DNA of 30,223 nucleotides, taken from positions 1 through 30,223 of IMG/VR virus record IMGVR_UViG_3300010362_000074. One strand, given 5' to 3'. The notes under the pieces were generated by a model. The model made no database searches, was not told the origin of the DNA, and saw only the letters and a list, made by a program, of their open reading frames with translations. Within the stretch, counting starts at the first letter, position 1, and every line of letters begins with the position of its first letter. The translations under genes were made by a program, and so were the position numbers. This stretch comes from a virus. Lineage: Duplodnaviria; Caudoviricetes. Shown here piece after piece: positions 1-8,403 of this stretch.

Positions 1-81
1 CTTCTCTACCCGCCAACCAGGAACCTTACCGATGCGCGTGGCGAGAGCCCGCATCGTGCCAGCACGTGTAGTCATGTCCAT
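1..81 (-). CDS. 5' part of a small protein cut off by the window edge (MDMTTRAGTMRALATRIGKVPGWRVEK...), possibly HicA-like
   Basis: ATG at 81-79 overlaps the TGA of the HTH gene (TGATG coupling) and the frame is open to the edge. GWRVEK resembles the Gw.v.r segment before the HicA catalytic His, which would lie outside the window. Confidence 0.45.
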   Translation of the reverse strand, partial: MDMTTRAGTMRALATRIGKVPGWRVEK

Positions 82-434
82 CAACCTTTCGTTTTCGAGC
101 GCCGCACCCGCGGCGACGGTCCACTTGCGACGGTCTGCGCACGGCGCTCTTCTCGGCGCTCGTCCGCAAGGGCCTTTTGCCGCTCGATCTCCCGGAGCAT
201 ACGATCGGTATGCTTCGTGCTCCACGTGTTGAGCGCGGTAGCGCTCACGCGTAGGGCGCGCTCCAGCTTGATTGCCGCGCTAGGGGTTATCGCGGCATTG
301 TCGTTACACAACTCATTGATGTGCTTGAGCGAATAGCCGGTCTGTTGGGCAAGCTCGGTCTGTGTCATCCGGCGCTTGCGAAGCAACTCGCGGAGCCGCG
401 CACCAGGAGTCATGTATACGTCTGGATCCGTCAC
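81..434 (-). CDS. XRE-family HTH protein, HigA-antitoxin-like (117 aa)
   Basis: TPGARLRELLRKRRMTQTELAQQTGYSLKHINELCNDNAAITPSAAIKLERAL is a HigA/XRE pattern. Start moved to GTG 434, which follows GGAGG. Confidence 0.85.
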   Translation of the reverse strand: MTDPDVYMTPGARLRELLRKRRMTQTELAQQTGYSLKHINELCNDNAAITPSAAIKLERALRVSATALNTWSTKHTDRMLREIERQKALADERREERRAQTVASGPSPRVRRSKTKG

Positions 435-493
435 CCTGTCCCTCCCTTGTGGATCGGTGGATCTGGTCACTTGTTCAATATCACGACTAAGCC

Positions 494-534
494 CATAACG
501 TCCGAGGTTATGTTGAGTAACGGGTCGATCGCAA
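494..534 (-). promoter_or_regulatory. Candidate sigmaA-type promoter (TTGCGA-18 nt-TAACCT) with a CATAAC-N7-GTTATG palindrome over the -10
   Basis: Minus-strand -35 at 534-529, -10 at 510-505, A-tract upstream, inverted repeat at 494-499/507-512, all in the AT-richer gap before the HTH gene. Confidence 0.45.
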
Positions 535-565
535 TGAGTTGTTACGTTTTTTCGTGTCGATCTTT

Positions 566-661
566 CTACTCCGACCGATCGTTGCCCATGACGATGAGCA
601 CGAGACCGATCACGGCGATAGCGACCCATTGAAGGAGTTCGCTAAAGCCACCGGCGCTCAC
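566..661 (-). CDS. 31-aa single-TM microprotein MSAGGFSELLQWVAIAVIGLVLIVMGNDRSE
   Basis: Translated by hand, below the ORF-track cut-off. GTG overlaps the resolvase TGA (GTGA); hydrophobic core; TAG at 568-566. Confidence 0.6.
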   Translation of the reverse strand: MSAGGFSELLQWVAIAVIGLVLIVMGNDRSE

Positions 662-1002
662 TTCAGACTCTCCACGTAGGACACAAGCAGCGGAACAGCG
701 AAAACGCCCGATGTCGTAACGTACCAATCGGCAGGCGAGCCCTTACCCACGCGCTTATGCCAGACAATTCCAGTGTGGACGTTGGCGGCAGCGACCATCG
801 CGGGCAGGTCATTGACCCACGCCGACAACGCCAAACGTGAATGGTTTTTCACACTCACCACGAGCGGTAGTCCAGTGATGTCGCCGCTATCGTCCGGCGC
901 TCCAGCGCGCGGACGGTAGAGCAGCTTGTCCCCGAACAGGGGAGCGAGGTAGTTCAATACCTCATGCTCCGCACGGTATCCTTTCTTGCTCGCGTAACTC
1001 AC
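658..1002 (-). CDS. Holliday junction resolvase, PD-(D/E)XK family
   Basis: SKKGYRAEHEV...DDSGDI...VVSVKN pattern. GTG 1002 overlaps the upstream TGA. Confidence 0.8.
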   Translation of the reverse strand: MSYASKKGYRAEHEVLNYLAPLFGDKLLYRPRAGAPDDSGDITGLPLVVSVKNHSRLALSAWVNDLPAMVAAANVHTGIVWHKRVGKGSPADWYVTTSGVFAVPLLVSYVESLK

Positions 1003-1268
1003 GACAGCCACCCTCGATCCGCTACCTGCGTACACAATGGAGCGCGCCGCAGGATAGCGACAGCCTGACGCGCGAGCTTGAGCGTCGTGTGCGCCACGAT
1101 GGGACGTCCGTACTCCGTCTTCAGGAGCAGCACAACGGCCGGCTCGCCATCGTCGGTAGCGTTAGCGAGCAAGCCAACACGCTCGATCTCCGCGTGCTCG
1201 TGCGGCATACCCTCCAGATCCGTCCACGGCGAGCCTTCGAGGTCCGGCCGGATGTCCAATGTAGTCAT
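999..1268 (-). CDS. Hypothetical protein (89 aa, MTTLDIRPDLEG...)
   Basis: ATGA/GTGA overlaps with both neighbours. Confidence 0.7.
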   Translation of the reverse strand: MTTLDIRPDLEGSPWTDLEGMPHEHAEIERVGLLANATDDGEPAVVLLLKTEYGRPIVAHTTLKLARQAVAILRRAPLCTQVADRGWLS

Positions 1269-1504
1269 TCCTGGCTCGCAATCTCCACGAGCGCGACGGC
1301 CGCGATCGTCCGCGCGATCTCGTATCCCCACGACATGTCAAGGTGCGTCCGGATGATGGCTGCAGCGAGAGCCTTGTTGCCTCCGTAATCCTCGAGTATT
1401 TCGGCCGTCTTCGATACGAAGAACGTGAACTCGTCTCGTGCTCGCGCGTAGATTTGATCCATCTGCGCCACTAGATGTGGCGGTGGCGTCGGAACCTTGC
1501 TCAT
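1265..1504 (-). CDS. Hypothetical protein (79 aa, MSKVPTPP...)
   Basis: ATGA overlaps on both sides; GAGGGAG upstream. Confidence 0.7.
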   Translation of the reverse strand: MSKVPTPPPHLVAQMDQIYARARDEFTFFVSKTAEILEDYGGNKALAAAIIRTHLDMSWGYEIARTIAAVALVEIASQE

Positions 1505-1917
1505 TGCTCCCTCGTTTCGCAATTAGTACACAATGGATGGCTGTTAGCTCCGTAGAGCCGGATCCGGCCTCGACACCGGGCGCACGGTCCCGCATCACGT
1601 GGAGGCGCGAGCACGGTGAACCGGTACGGAAAGCCGCCCTTGATCCAATGACCGCGCACAACGAGCGGCTCCAGGGCGTCGCCGTACCCTCCGGGAGCGA
1701 AACGCTCCGGCTCGTACGGATCCACGCGCGCCGGCCGTAGAACGCGGATGAGCGTGGCGAACGCTTCGCCGTACTCCGGACCGTCCGCGTAGGCGTGCTC
1801 CGCGCAATAGCCGCGTGCCGACTGGCGCGGCCGTTTCCAGTACGTCAACTCTCCGCAGCGCGCACACTTTCTCGCGTCTATGCAGAGCGTCAACTCCGTG
1901 AATTTGACTCGGATCAT
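1501..1917 (-). CDS. Cys-rich putative zinc-binding protein (138 aa)
   Basis: CARC...CAEH and CARC...CTNC pairs. ATG 1917 overlaps the primase TGA. Confidence 0.65.
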   Translation of the reverse strand: MIRVKFTELTLCIDARKCARCGELTYWKRPRQSARGYCAEHAYADGPEYGEAFATLIRVLRPARVDPYEPERFAPGGYGDALEPLVVRGHWIKGGFPYRFTVLAPPRDAGPCARCRGRIRLYGANSHPLCTNCETREQ

Positions 1918-3854
1918 GACGCGCCAACGGCATAGGTGTACGGCGAATGCGGTAAGCAGCGGACGGTCCAATGTGGCTTACCGTATCGAGTCACGCCATC
2001 ATCGACGTTCCCGCATATCTCACAGATCAACTCGGCCGCATCGAGCGACTCGTCCCGATCACTGTCTGTAGTGGACTCTCCAGCCTCTTGCCCACTTGCC
2101 CACTCAGGTAGGGCGTCCTTTGTGGGACTCAATTCAGTGGGCAAGTGGGCAAGAGACCACTTCGTCGATGACAGACCGTGATCGCCAACGATCTTCGCTA
2201 GACCGGCATCGGAGCGCGCTCGCCGAAGCGTGTGCTCCGTGAATCCATCGATCTTTCCGGCCTCAACGATCTCCGGCCACGACAGCGGACCATCGCGGAG
2301 AATATCTTGAAGGAATTCGATTTCCATAACGCGAGCGCGACGCTTCGAAGCTTTCTCTTCATCGTCATACGAGCGGTCCGGCTGCGGACCGTCCAATACG
2401 GACTGAGCCGTAAAGTCAGCCGCGCCATGCCAGGAAATGAACGGTATTCCCTCGTTGGTTGTCTCGACGGTGTACCGCAGCGATACCGGTTTGCGAGCGA
2501 GATTCATTTTCACGCATGCGAACACCTTCGATTCCTGGTCAGCCGGATCCGGAGCCACGAGGAAGGTCGCTCGCGCGGCTCCAGTGAATCCAATCGATCC
2601 GCCACCTCGATAGATCGCCTTCGACCCGGTACCGCCCTTGTTAAGATGCCGTACCGCGACAACGGCCGTACCGGTAGCCGCGGCTAGTGTCTTAAGTGGA
2701 TAGAGCGCGCGACGCACGGACGCATCGTTGTGCGAATCGGTCCGCTCCGCGAGGAACGCCATCAACGGATCGAAGACGATCGCGCATGCTCCGATGCGTT
2801 GCGCCAGACGGTAGACGCCCGGCAGTCCACTAAGGAATTCGAACGGCTCGTCAGGCGTCGCACCGTGCGGGACGAGGTACACGTTATCGAGCCGCGCGCC
2901 GGCAACTTCGAGGCGAGGCACGATCGTATCCTCGATATCGTCCTCTGCCGATACGAGGATGACCGGCCACGGACCGACACCGTTACTTCCGTCCGGCATC
3001 GGCGCGCCGGTCGAGAGCCGCGCGGCGAGATCGAGCGTCAAGATGCTCTTACCGTCACCCGGATCACCCTCCAGAATGGACAGCTTGCCGCGCGGAATGT
3101 ACCCATCCCATACCCACGTGACGCGACGCGTCTTCACCGTGCTCGCGACGTACGTTGACTCTTCGTCGCTCTCCGGCAGTGAATCCAGCGCATCGAGGGA
3201 GTAACCGGCATCGAGAAGCTCTGAGACGTCCTTACCGACGCGAGGGACGGTAAGACTAAGGGTCGCCGCGTACGGCCGCGTAGAGACCGCTACAGAGCGC
3301 GCGTGAGCCCGTCCAACCGGATCGTTGTCCGCGATGATGCTCACGTGGCAGTCGCGAAGCTGCTCGCCATAGTGCGCGAGCCACGAGCCGGCTCCGGTGA
3401 CACACGTCGTGGCCACGAGCCCTAGCGAGATCAACCGATCGGCGTCTTTCTCTCCCTCCACGACGTAGACCAGGAGCCCATGCTCACGCGCGTACGCGAT
3501 GGCCGGAAGTTGATACAGGATCCGCGCGGCCGCAACCGGCAACCCTGGCACGCATCGGAACGTCTTCGGTACCCAACGCTCCACTGTGTACCGCAGCGTC
3601 CCTAGCTCATCGCGGTACTCGTAAACCGCTACGACGTGCGGAACGGTCGAGAGATCCGCGAACGTCAAGCCAAGCGCGGCGAGCACGTCACCCGTATCGC
3701 AGTTGGCATGACACTTGACAACGATCCCACCTTCGCGACCGTGGTTAACCATGAGCGAGGAAACACGATCGTCATGCGCCGGACAGCGCGCCGACACTCC
3801 ACTAGGGAGCCTGCGAACGTTGTCCAGACGTAGCACGAGCTCGTCAAGCTCCAC
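1914..3854 (-). CDS. DNA primase-helicase (Zn finger + TOPRIM + RepA/RecA-like AAA helicase)
   Basis: CPAHDD...CHANC zinc finger, VEGEKD and IADND TOPRIM motifs, Walker A GDPGDGKS, Walker B IVFDP, RHLNK. Start moved to GTG 3854 after AAGGGA. Confidence 0.92.
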   Translation of the reverse strand: MELDELVLRLDNVRRLPSGVSARCPAHDDRVSSLMVNHGREGGIVVKCHANCDTGDVLAALGLTFADLSTVPHVVAVYEYRDELGTLRYTVERWVPKTFRCVPGLPVAAARILYQLPAIAYAREHGLLVYVVEGEKDADRLISLGLVATTCVTGAGSWLAHYGEQLRDCHVSIIADNDPVGRAHARSVAVSTRPYAATLSLTVPRVGKDVSELLDAGYSLDALDSLPESDEESTYVASTVKTRRVTWVWDGYIPRGKLSILEGDPGDGKSILTLDLAARLSTGAPMPDGSNGVGPWPVILVSAEDDIEDTIVPRLEVAGARLDNVYLVPHGATPDEPFEFLSGLPGVYRLAQRIGACAIVFDPLMAFLAERTDSHNDASVRRALYPLKTLAAATGTAVVAVRHLNKGGTGSKAIYRGGGSIGFTGAARATFLVAPDPADQESKVFACVKMNLARKPVSLRYTVETTNEGIPFISWHGAADFTAQSVLDGPQPDRSYDDEEKASKRRARVMEIEFLQDILRDGPLSWPEIVEAGKIDGFTEHTLRRARSDAGLAKIVGDHGLSSTKWSLAHLPTELSPTKDALPEWASGQEAGESTTDSDRDESLDAAELICEICGNVDDGVTRYGKPHWTVRCLPHSPYTYAVGAS

Positions 3855-4074
3855 GGTCACCGTCCCTTGTGGCCGCTCGAAAACCGATGTACGAGCCGAG
3901 CAAGCCGAACGCGCCACTAAACGCAGCCGTGAGAATCTGTGTGGCGTTATCACTCAATCCCGGTCCCTCGCTGAAGATGGCGTCATAGAGGACCGCGAAC
4001 GTAATCATGTTGACCGCTGTAGCGATCCCTACCGCGAGCAGGATCGCAACGAGGTCCTTCCCTTCCCGCTGCAC
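3844..4074 (-). CDS. Two-TM membrane protein (76 aa), holin-like
   Basis: Two hydrophobic segments and a short charged C-terminus; GAAGGG upstream. Confidence 0.6.
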   Translation of the reverse strand: MQREGKDLVAILLAVGIATAVNMITFAVLYDAIFSEGPGLSDNATQILTAAFSGAFGLLGSYIGFRAATRDGDRGA

Positions 4075-4086
4075 CGTCGCGCCCTT

Positions 4087-4260
4087 CTAGTCGAGGTAGC
4101 GATGTTGATCACTCGTTAGGTGATTCTCTAGCTGGACCGTCGCCACGCCAATCGACGTCACCGGCTCGCCCTGCCAGCTACACGTGACACAGACAGCCTC
4201 GAATGTCTGCTCACGAACGTTGAACCGTACGCACCATGAGGTCTCTTCGGTGTCATGCAT
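4087..4260 (-). CDS. 57-aa putative C2H2-type zinc-finger protein MHDTEETSWCVRFNVREQTFEAVCVTCSWQGEPVTSIGVATVQLENHLTSDQHRYLD
   Basis: Translated by hand. It fills the gap between flanking genes and has CVTC...HLTSDQH ligands. Confidence 0.65.
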   Translation of the reverse strand: MHDTEETSWCVRFNVREQTFEAVCVTCSWQGEPVTSIGVATVQLENHLTSDQHRYLD

Positions 4261-4429
4261 CGGAACCGTCTACGGTGGACGTTCCGCCGGCGGACTGTCC
4301 ACGCTGGACAGTCGTGGGCTCCGGCTCGTACTCCAGCCGGTAGTACACGAAGCAATGCACGAGGTATCCGATAAGGAACGCGGTAACGCTCATCGCACCT
4401 AACAGCACGATCGCGACTGGCCAAGTCAT
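4253..4429 (-). CDS. Small single-TM membrane protein (58 aa, MTWPVAIVLLGAM...)
   Basis: ATGA overlap with the upstream gene; N-terminal hydrophobic helix. Confidence 0.65.
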   Translation of the reverse strand: MTWPVAIVLLGAMSVTAFLIGYLVHCFVYYRLEYEPEPTTVQRGQSAGGTSTVDGSDA

Positions 4430-5490
4430 AACAGGCTCACTTCCTTGCCGTACCGAACGATGGTTTCTCCACAGTGGACGGGGTTCGCCTCCGCACCGAT
4501 GCACACGCGGTCAGCCTTATCCGCAGCGAGCAACATCGCACCGTTGCCGAGGAACGGATCCGCCACAACGTCGCCGCTCGATGTGAAGAGCTTGAGTAGC
4601 TTCGTAGCGAGCGAGCGCGGATCGACGGTCACGGTTAGAACGTCGTGCGCCTCGTGATAGAGCCCACCGTCTTCCTTCGCGAAGAGATAGACCGGAATCC
4701 AATCGTTGAAGCCAAGCGCTCCCGGTGCGGAGCCGTTGGTAACGCACGCGGCGAGCGTCCACCGGTACGGCATTTTGACGACTCGTGCGAAGTCCACAAG
4801 GGACGGAACGCCTAGCCGTACGGCAACGACCGGTGCGACGTCGACGAGGTAATCGTGAGCCCACACGAGTCCGTCTAGGGCAGACACGTCCGCGAAGACA
4901 AAGAGCGGCTCTGCCTGCCGTACCTTCTCGATAAAGGGCGCGTCCGTACTCTCGCCACAGTAGAGCCGATGGTCTCCGAGCTTCCACCACTGTCCACGTT
5001 GGACGTCCGGTGCGTCCGGACGCTCGCTCGTCGGAGCCGTCTCGCGCAATCTGGCCTGTTGACAGAGCTTGAAAACCCCACGCACGGACACACGAGCCTG
5101 AGCAATCGCGCGTTCCACAATGGACGGATAGGCCGCTATGGTGCGTGCTTCGTAATCGCGCTCGCGCTGAAGGTGGGTCATCGGCTCGCTTGGATTTGTC
5201 ATATCGTGAGCGGCCGTTGACGTTATGACCTCCGGTGGCCGTCCCAGCGTCGCCGGACCCAACAGCACGCCAATGCGCTGCACAACGAGCACGCGCGTGC
5301 GGTCAGCCTCGATCACATCCTCGTTGAGTTGCTTGAGCCGATGACGCGCACCAACCAACACGGACTCAAGCTCGCGGAGCCGATCGATGTCCTCGATCTC
5401 TTCGAGCTTGCGACGGACTTCGATCGCAAACCGACGGATCTCGAAAGCCTTAGCCTCGACAGGATCGATCGAAGCGATTTCCGTTGACAT
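4426..5490 (-). CDS. N6A/N4C DNA methyltransferase homologue with a degenerate catalytic motif and a helical N-terminal domain
   Basis: GQWWKLGDHRLYCGEST and SAM-binding VADPFLGNG...CIGAE are kept, but the DPPY position reads FVFADVSA. Confidence 0.75.
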   Translation of the reverse strand: MSTEIASIDPVEAKAFEIRRFAIEVRRKLEEIEDIDRLRELESVLVGARHRLKQLNEDVIEADRTRVLVVQRIGVLLGPATLGRPPEVITSTAAHDMTNPSEPMTHLQRERDYEARTIAAYPSIVERAIAQARVSVRGVFKLCQQARLRETAPTSERPDAPDVQRGQWWKLGDHRLYCGESTDAPFIEKVRQAEPLFVFADVSALDGLVWAHDYLVDVAPVVAVRLGVPSLVDFARVVKMPYRWTLAACVTNGSAPGALGFNDWIPVYLFAKEDGGLYHEAHDVLTVTVDPRSLATKLLKLFTSSGDVVADPFLGNGAMLLAADKADRVCIGAEANPVHCGETIVRYGKEVSLL

Positions 5491-6243
5491 TTAGAACCCT
5501 GCCTCCTCCGGCGTCGCTGGAGGTACGCCGGTACCACCGCCATACGCGGAGCCCGGAAGGTGTGGCGGAGCCGTCTGAGACGGTCCCTGCGGCGCGTTCG
5601 GTGGCACCGGAGGGTTAGACCCTGGAGCCGGAGCCGGAGGCGCGTACGGAGGCTCTGAGGCCGGCGCTGGATAGGGCGGGACCTGACCGTACGTCGGTTG
5701 CGGAATGTTCGCGGACGTCGGTGGCGCACCGTACTGAGGCTGCGGAGGCGGCGCGTAAGCGTTCGCCCCTGACCCGTACTGGACTGGTGCGTACGCAACC
5801 GGAGCCGGTGGAGCTTGCAACGCTCGCGCTTGCTCCGCGAAGTTATGGACCGCTTCGCGTGCGAGTTGCTCGATACGACCTGGATTCATCGAAACCCAGT
5901 AATTCGCCACTTGCTCGTCATACGCGGAGGCCGCTTCGAACGAGACCGACTTGCCGCGCGCCACGATGCGAGCGAGCGTGTCCGCTCCCGGTGGCATCGC
6001 ACGGACCTGCGACAGTAGCGCCGCGTTGAAAATCATCACATCGTCAAACACGTCGTTCTGCGACCGTCCGGTTAGGACAACCACCGTTCCGCGTGCGGCT
6101 GCCTTCTCACCGAAACTCGTTTTGATCGTCTCGTGAACGCCTCCGTGGATCCAGATAAGAGTCTCGCCGGCGTACTCTGCCCAACCAAACGTCTTCACTG
6201 GCTCCGGCCGGTTCCATGCTCGTTGTGGTGACTGCGGTTGCAT
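5491..6243 (-). CDS. Putative ssDNA-binding protein with a Pro-rich linker
   Basis: Folded N-terminal domain, long P/A/Y low-complexity tail ending EEAGF (acidic-Phe tip), located in the replication module. GAGGAG RBS. Confidence 0.5.
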   Translation of the reverse strand: MQPQSPQRAWNRPEPVKTFGWAEYAGETLIWIHGGVHETIKTSFGEKAAARGTVVVLTGRSQNDVFDDVMIFNAALLSQVRAMPPGADTLARIVARGKSVSFEAASAYDEQVANYWVSMNPGRIEQLAREAVHNFAEQARALQAPPAPVAYAPVQYGSGANAYAPPPQPQYGAPPTSANIPQPTYGQVPPYPAPASEPPYAPPAPAPGSNPPVPPNAPQGPSQTAPPHLPGSAYGGGTGVPPATPEEAGF

Positions 6244-6261
6244 CTACTCCTCTTCTCCGTC

Positions 6262-7212
6262 CTAAAAGGACTTGTCCAACATCCGATAGGCGAGTCCCGC
6301 TTGCGGCGGACACACGCCGTTACCTAACGCCGTGATAGCTCGCGTCCAATTGAGCTTCGCGGTTACGTGTCCACTAGGGACACACATGAGCCATTCAACA
6401 AACTCCGGCGACACTCGTTGCCGTACGCCGTTGGCATCGAGCACGGTCGGCCGTGGCGGTGGTCCATAGATACTCGTCTGCCTCATGACAGCCTCGTAAA
6501 ACTGCTGCCAGTACAACCGAGGCCGCGTGCGATAACACTGTGGACGGTCGAGCATTGGCAACGAGGTAATCGCTCCGCTCAACGGACGTCCCTCCGCGCG
6601 ACGTGACCAATACTCCGGCGTCCCTCCGCGCAACCGTCCATCGCTCGCCGTTGGCGTCGGGAACATGTACATCGATGGCACCGGGCACGGTGGCTCCGGT
6701 ACAATGTGGACAGTTGCCGCGGCACGCTTAACGCGCTTCGCGAGCATGAAGACACGTTGCCGATGATGGGCCGCGCCGACGTTGCACGCTCCCAACGTAA
6801 CCGCGTGAACGGCGTAGCCAAGCTCCACAATGGATCCGGCCACCGCACGGAAGAGCGAGCCTCCGTCATAGCTCACGAGCCCGGCCACGTTCTCCAGGAA
6901 GACGAAGCGCGGCCGCATGATAAGCACGGCGCGGAGCACGTGCGGCCAGAGCCAGCGAGGATCATCCGTGCCGAGCTTCGCTCCCGCCGCGCTCACTGGC
7001 TGGCACGGCCAACCGGCCGTAAGCATCGAGACACGTGGCGCGGAGGCGAAGTCAGCTTCGCGAATGTCCCCTAGGTTTGGCTCGCTCGCGATCGCATCGA
7101 AAACCGGATCCACTTCGGCGCGCCACACCGTACGCACATCGAGTCCGATGTGGACTAGCCCTAGCTCTAAGCCGCCATAGCCGGAGCACAACGCGCCCAC
7201 GCGGATCGTCAT
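6262..7212 (-). CDS. DNA cytosine-5 methyltransferase
   Basis: Motif I LCSGYGG, IV GWPCQ, VI ENV, VIII RQRVF, X LGNGV. ATG 7212 overlaps the upstream TGA. Confidence 0.93.
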   Translation of the reverse strand: MTIRVGALCSGYGGLELGLVHIGLDVRTVWRAEVDPVFDAIASEPNLGDIREADFASAPRVSMLTAGWPCQPVSAAGAKLGTDDPRWLWPHVLRAVLIMRPRFVFLENVAGLVSYDGGSLFRAVAGSIVELGYAVHAVTLGACNVGAAHHRQRVFMLAKRVKRAAATVHIVPEPPCPVPSMYMFPTPTASDGRLRGGTPEYWSRRAEGRPLSGAITSLPMLDRPQCYRTRPRLYWQQFYEAVMRQTSIYGPPPRPTVLDANGVRQRVSPEFVEWLMCVPSGHVTAKLNWTRAITALGNGVCPPQAGLAYRMLDKSF

Positions 7213-7952
7213 GACTCGACTCCGGGACACGCTTGTGTGAGATCGCTCGATCCTTTGCGGTAGTGCGCGCACCATGGGCACAAGTGATCCGGGGTGGCGC
7301 GGACGTCTTCGGGGCGTTTACCGGCGAGCCGCTTGATACGGTCAATCGCACGGTCCGCAATGGACGGATCGAACGGAGCCCGCCAAACCCAAAGGTCGTT
7401 TAGCTCTCCGTCGATAGGTAGGAACGCAAGCGCGACGTGCCGGACGTCTTCGCCGGCTGCCACGAGCGCGGCTCCGTAGAGTTGAGTTTGAACTACATAG
7501 GATGCCGTCGGTCCCTCGTGCCGGAGCCGCTTGAGCTTCGCCAGCGTGGTTGTCTTCCAATCGATTACCGTCTTCGTGTATCTATCGAAGAGATCGACTG
7601 TGCCTGGCATGCCCCGATAGTCCAGGTCTCGCTCCACGAGGAAGCGTCCCGACGTCGCGTTGAGCCGATAGAAGATCGAAGCGAGCGCGGAGTGAACGCC
7701 TACGCCAACGAGTGAACGCAACGGATCGCGAAGGTTAACCATCGGCACGGCCGCGAGTTTGTAGGCAATGCGCCTATCGCATAGATGACCGGCCTCCGAT
7801 GAGCCGAGCGTGGTTTGGAGAGCACGCGGCATCGTGACGGCTCCGAGCGAGACGAGGGAGCGCAACTCACGCTCCATCGCGTACGCCTCCGGATCGAACG
7901 GTGCCCCGCGGGATTCGTCCACAGGGGACGGTTGTCGCCATTCACGCGACAC
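7209..7952 (-). CDS. Cas4-like / RecB-family exonuclease
   Basis: GTVD...VIDWKT...QTQLYG nuclease motifs. One N-terminal Cys (HLCDRR) plus CPWC...C gives the Fe-S pattern. Start moved to GTG 7952 after AAGGGA. Confidence 0.88.
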   Translation of the reverse strand: MSREWRQPSPVDESRGAPFDPEAYAMERELRSLVSLGAVTMPRALQTTLGSSEAGHLCDRRIAYKLAAVPMVNLRDPLRSLVGVGVHSALASIFYRLNATSGRFLVERDLDYRGMPGTVDLFDRYTKTVIDWKTTTLAKLKRLRHEGPTASYVVQTQLYGAALVAAGEDVRHVALAFLPIDGELNDLWVWRAPFDPSIADRAIDRIKRLAGKRPEDVRATPDHLCPWCAHYRKGSSDLTQACPGVES

Positions 7953-8265
7953 GATGACGTCCCTTGAGTATGAATTTCTCCACGGTGGACAGTCGCGTAA
8001 AGCGGCGCGCCGTTGCCGGCTCTTCCTCCCTAAGCCGCTTAACGTCGATGGTCTCGCGGTCAACCTTCGAGACCTGACACACCGGCTTGCCGTCTACGGT
8101 GCCGACACTCGCGTCATGCACTGCCAGAAACGCCACGAGCGCATCGCGAGCCTTGTTGCGCCGCTCCTTAGCGGCATCCTCTGCGTTGCACGCGTCCACA
8201 TACTCATCGAGCGTTTGCCGCATTTCATGGGTTAGCGGGAAGCCCGCTTCGGATTCCTCAGACAC
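7942..8265 (-). CDS. Coiled-coil protein resembling the C-terminal domain of YqaJ-type exonucleases (107 aa)
   Basis: Helical N-half then GTVDGKPV...RETIDVKRLREEEP...RF; adjacent to the exonuclease; first gene of the leftward operon. Confidence 0.6.
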   Translation of the reverse strand: MSEESEAGFPLTHEMRQTLDEYVDACNAEDAAKERRNKARDALVAFLAVHDASVGTVDGKPVCQVSKVDRETIDVKRLREEEPATARRFTRLSTVEKFILKGRHRVA

Positions 8266-8403
8266 ATCGACTCCCAGCGTTCTTACAGTTCATAGATGGC
8301 TCACGAAGACTTGACTAACGGACACGAAGTTGTCGTGTTGCGTACTTTGAAAACTGACCCTTGCGGCTTAACCTCAGAGGTGTATGCGGCTTAGAGGCGA
8401 GCC
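8266..8403. promoter_or_regulatory. Divergent control region between the early operon and the repressor
   Basis: AT-richer non-coding gap between divergent genes, with imperfect inverted repeat GACACGA-agttg-TCGTGTT at 8321-8339. Confidence 0.5.

Noticed and set aside
308-542. 11-bp inverted repeat ACAACTCATTG (308-318) / CAATGAGTTGT (532-542)
   Set aside because: A single short pair about 210 bp apart with one arm in coding sequence; compatible with chance.
7209-7952. Cas4-like gene as a sign of a CRISPR system
   Set aside because: No repeat-spacer array or other cas genes. Solo Cas4-like nucleases are common in actinophage replication modules.
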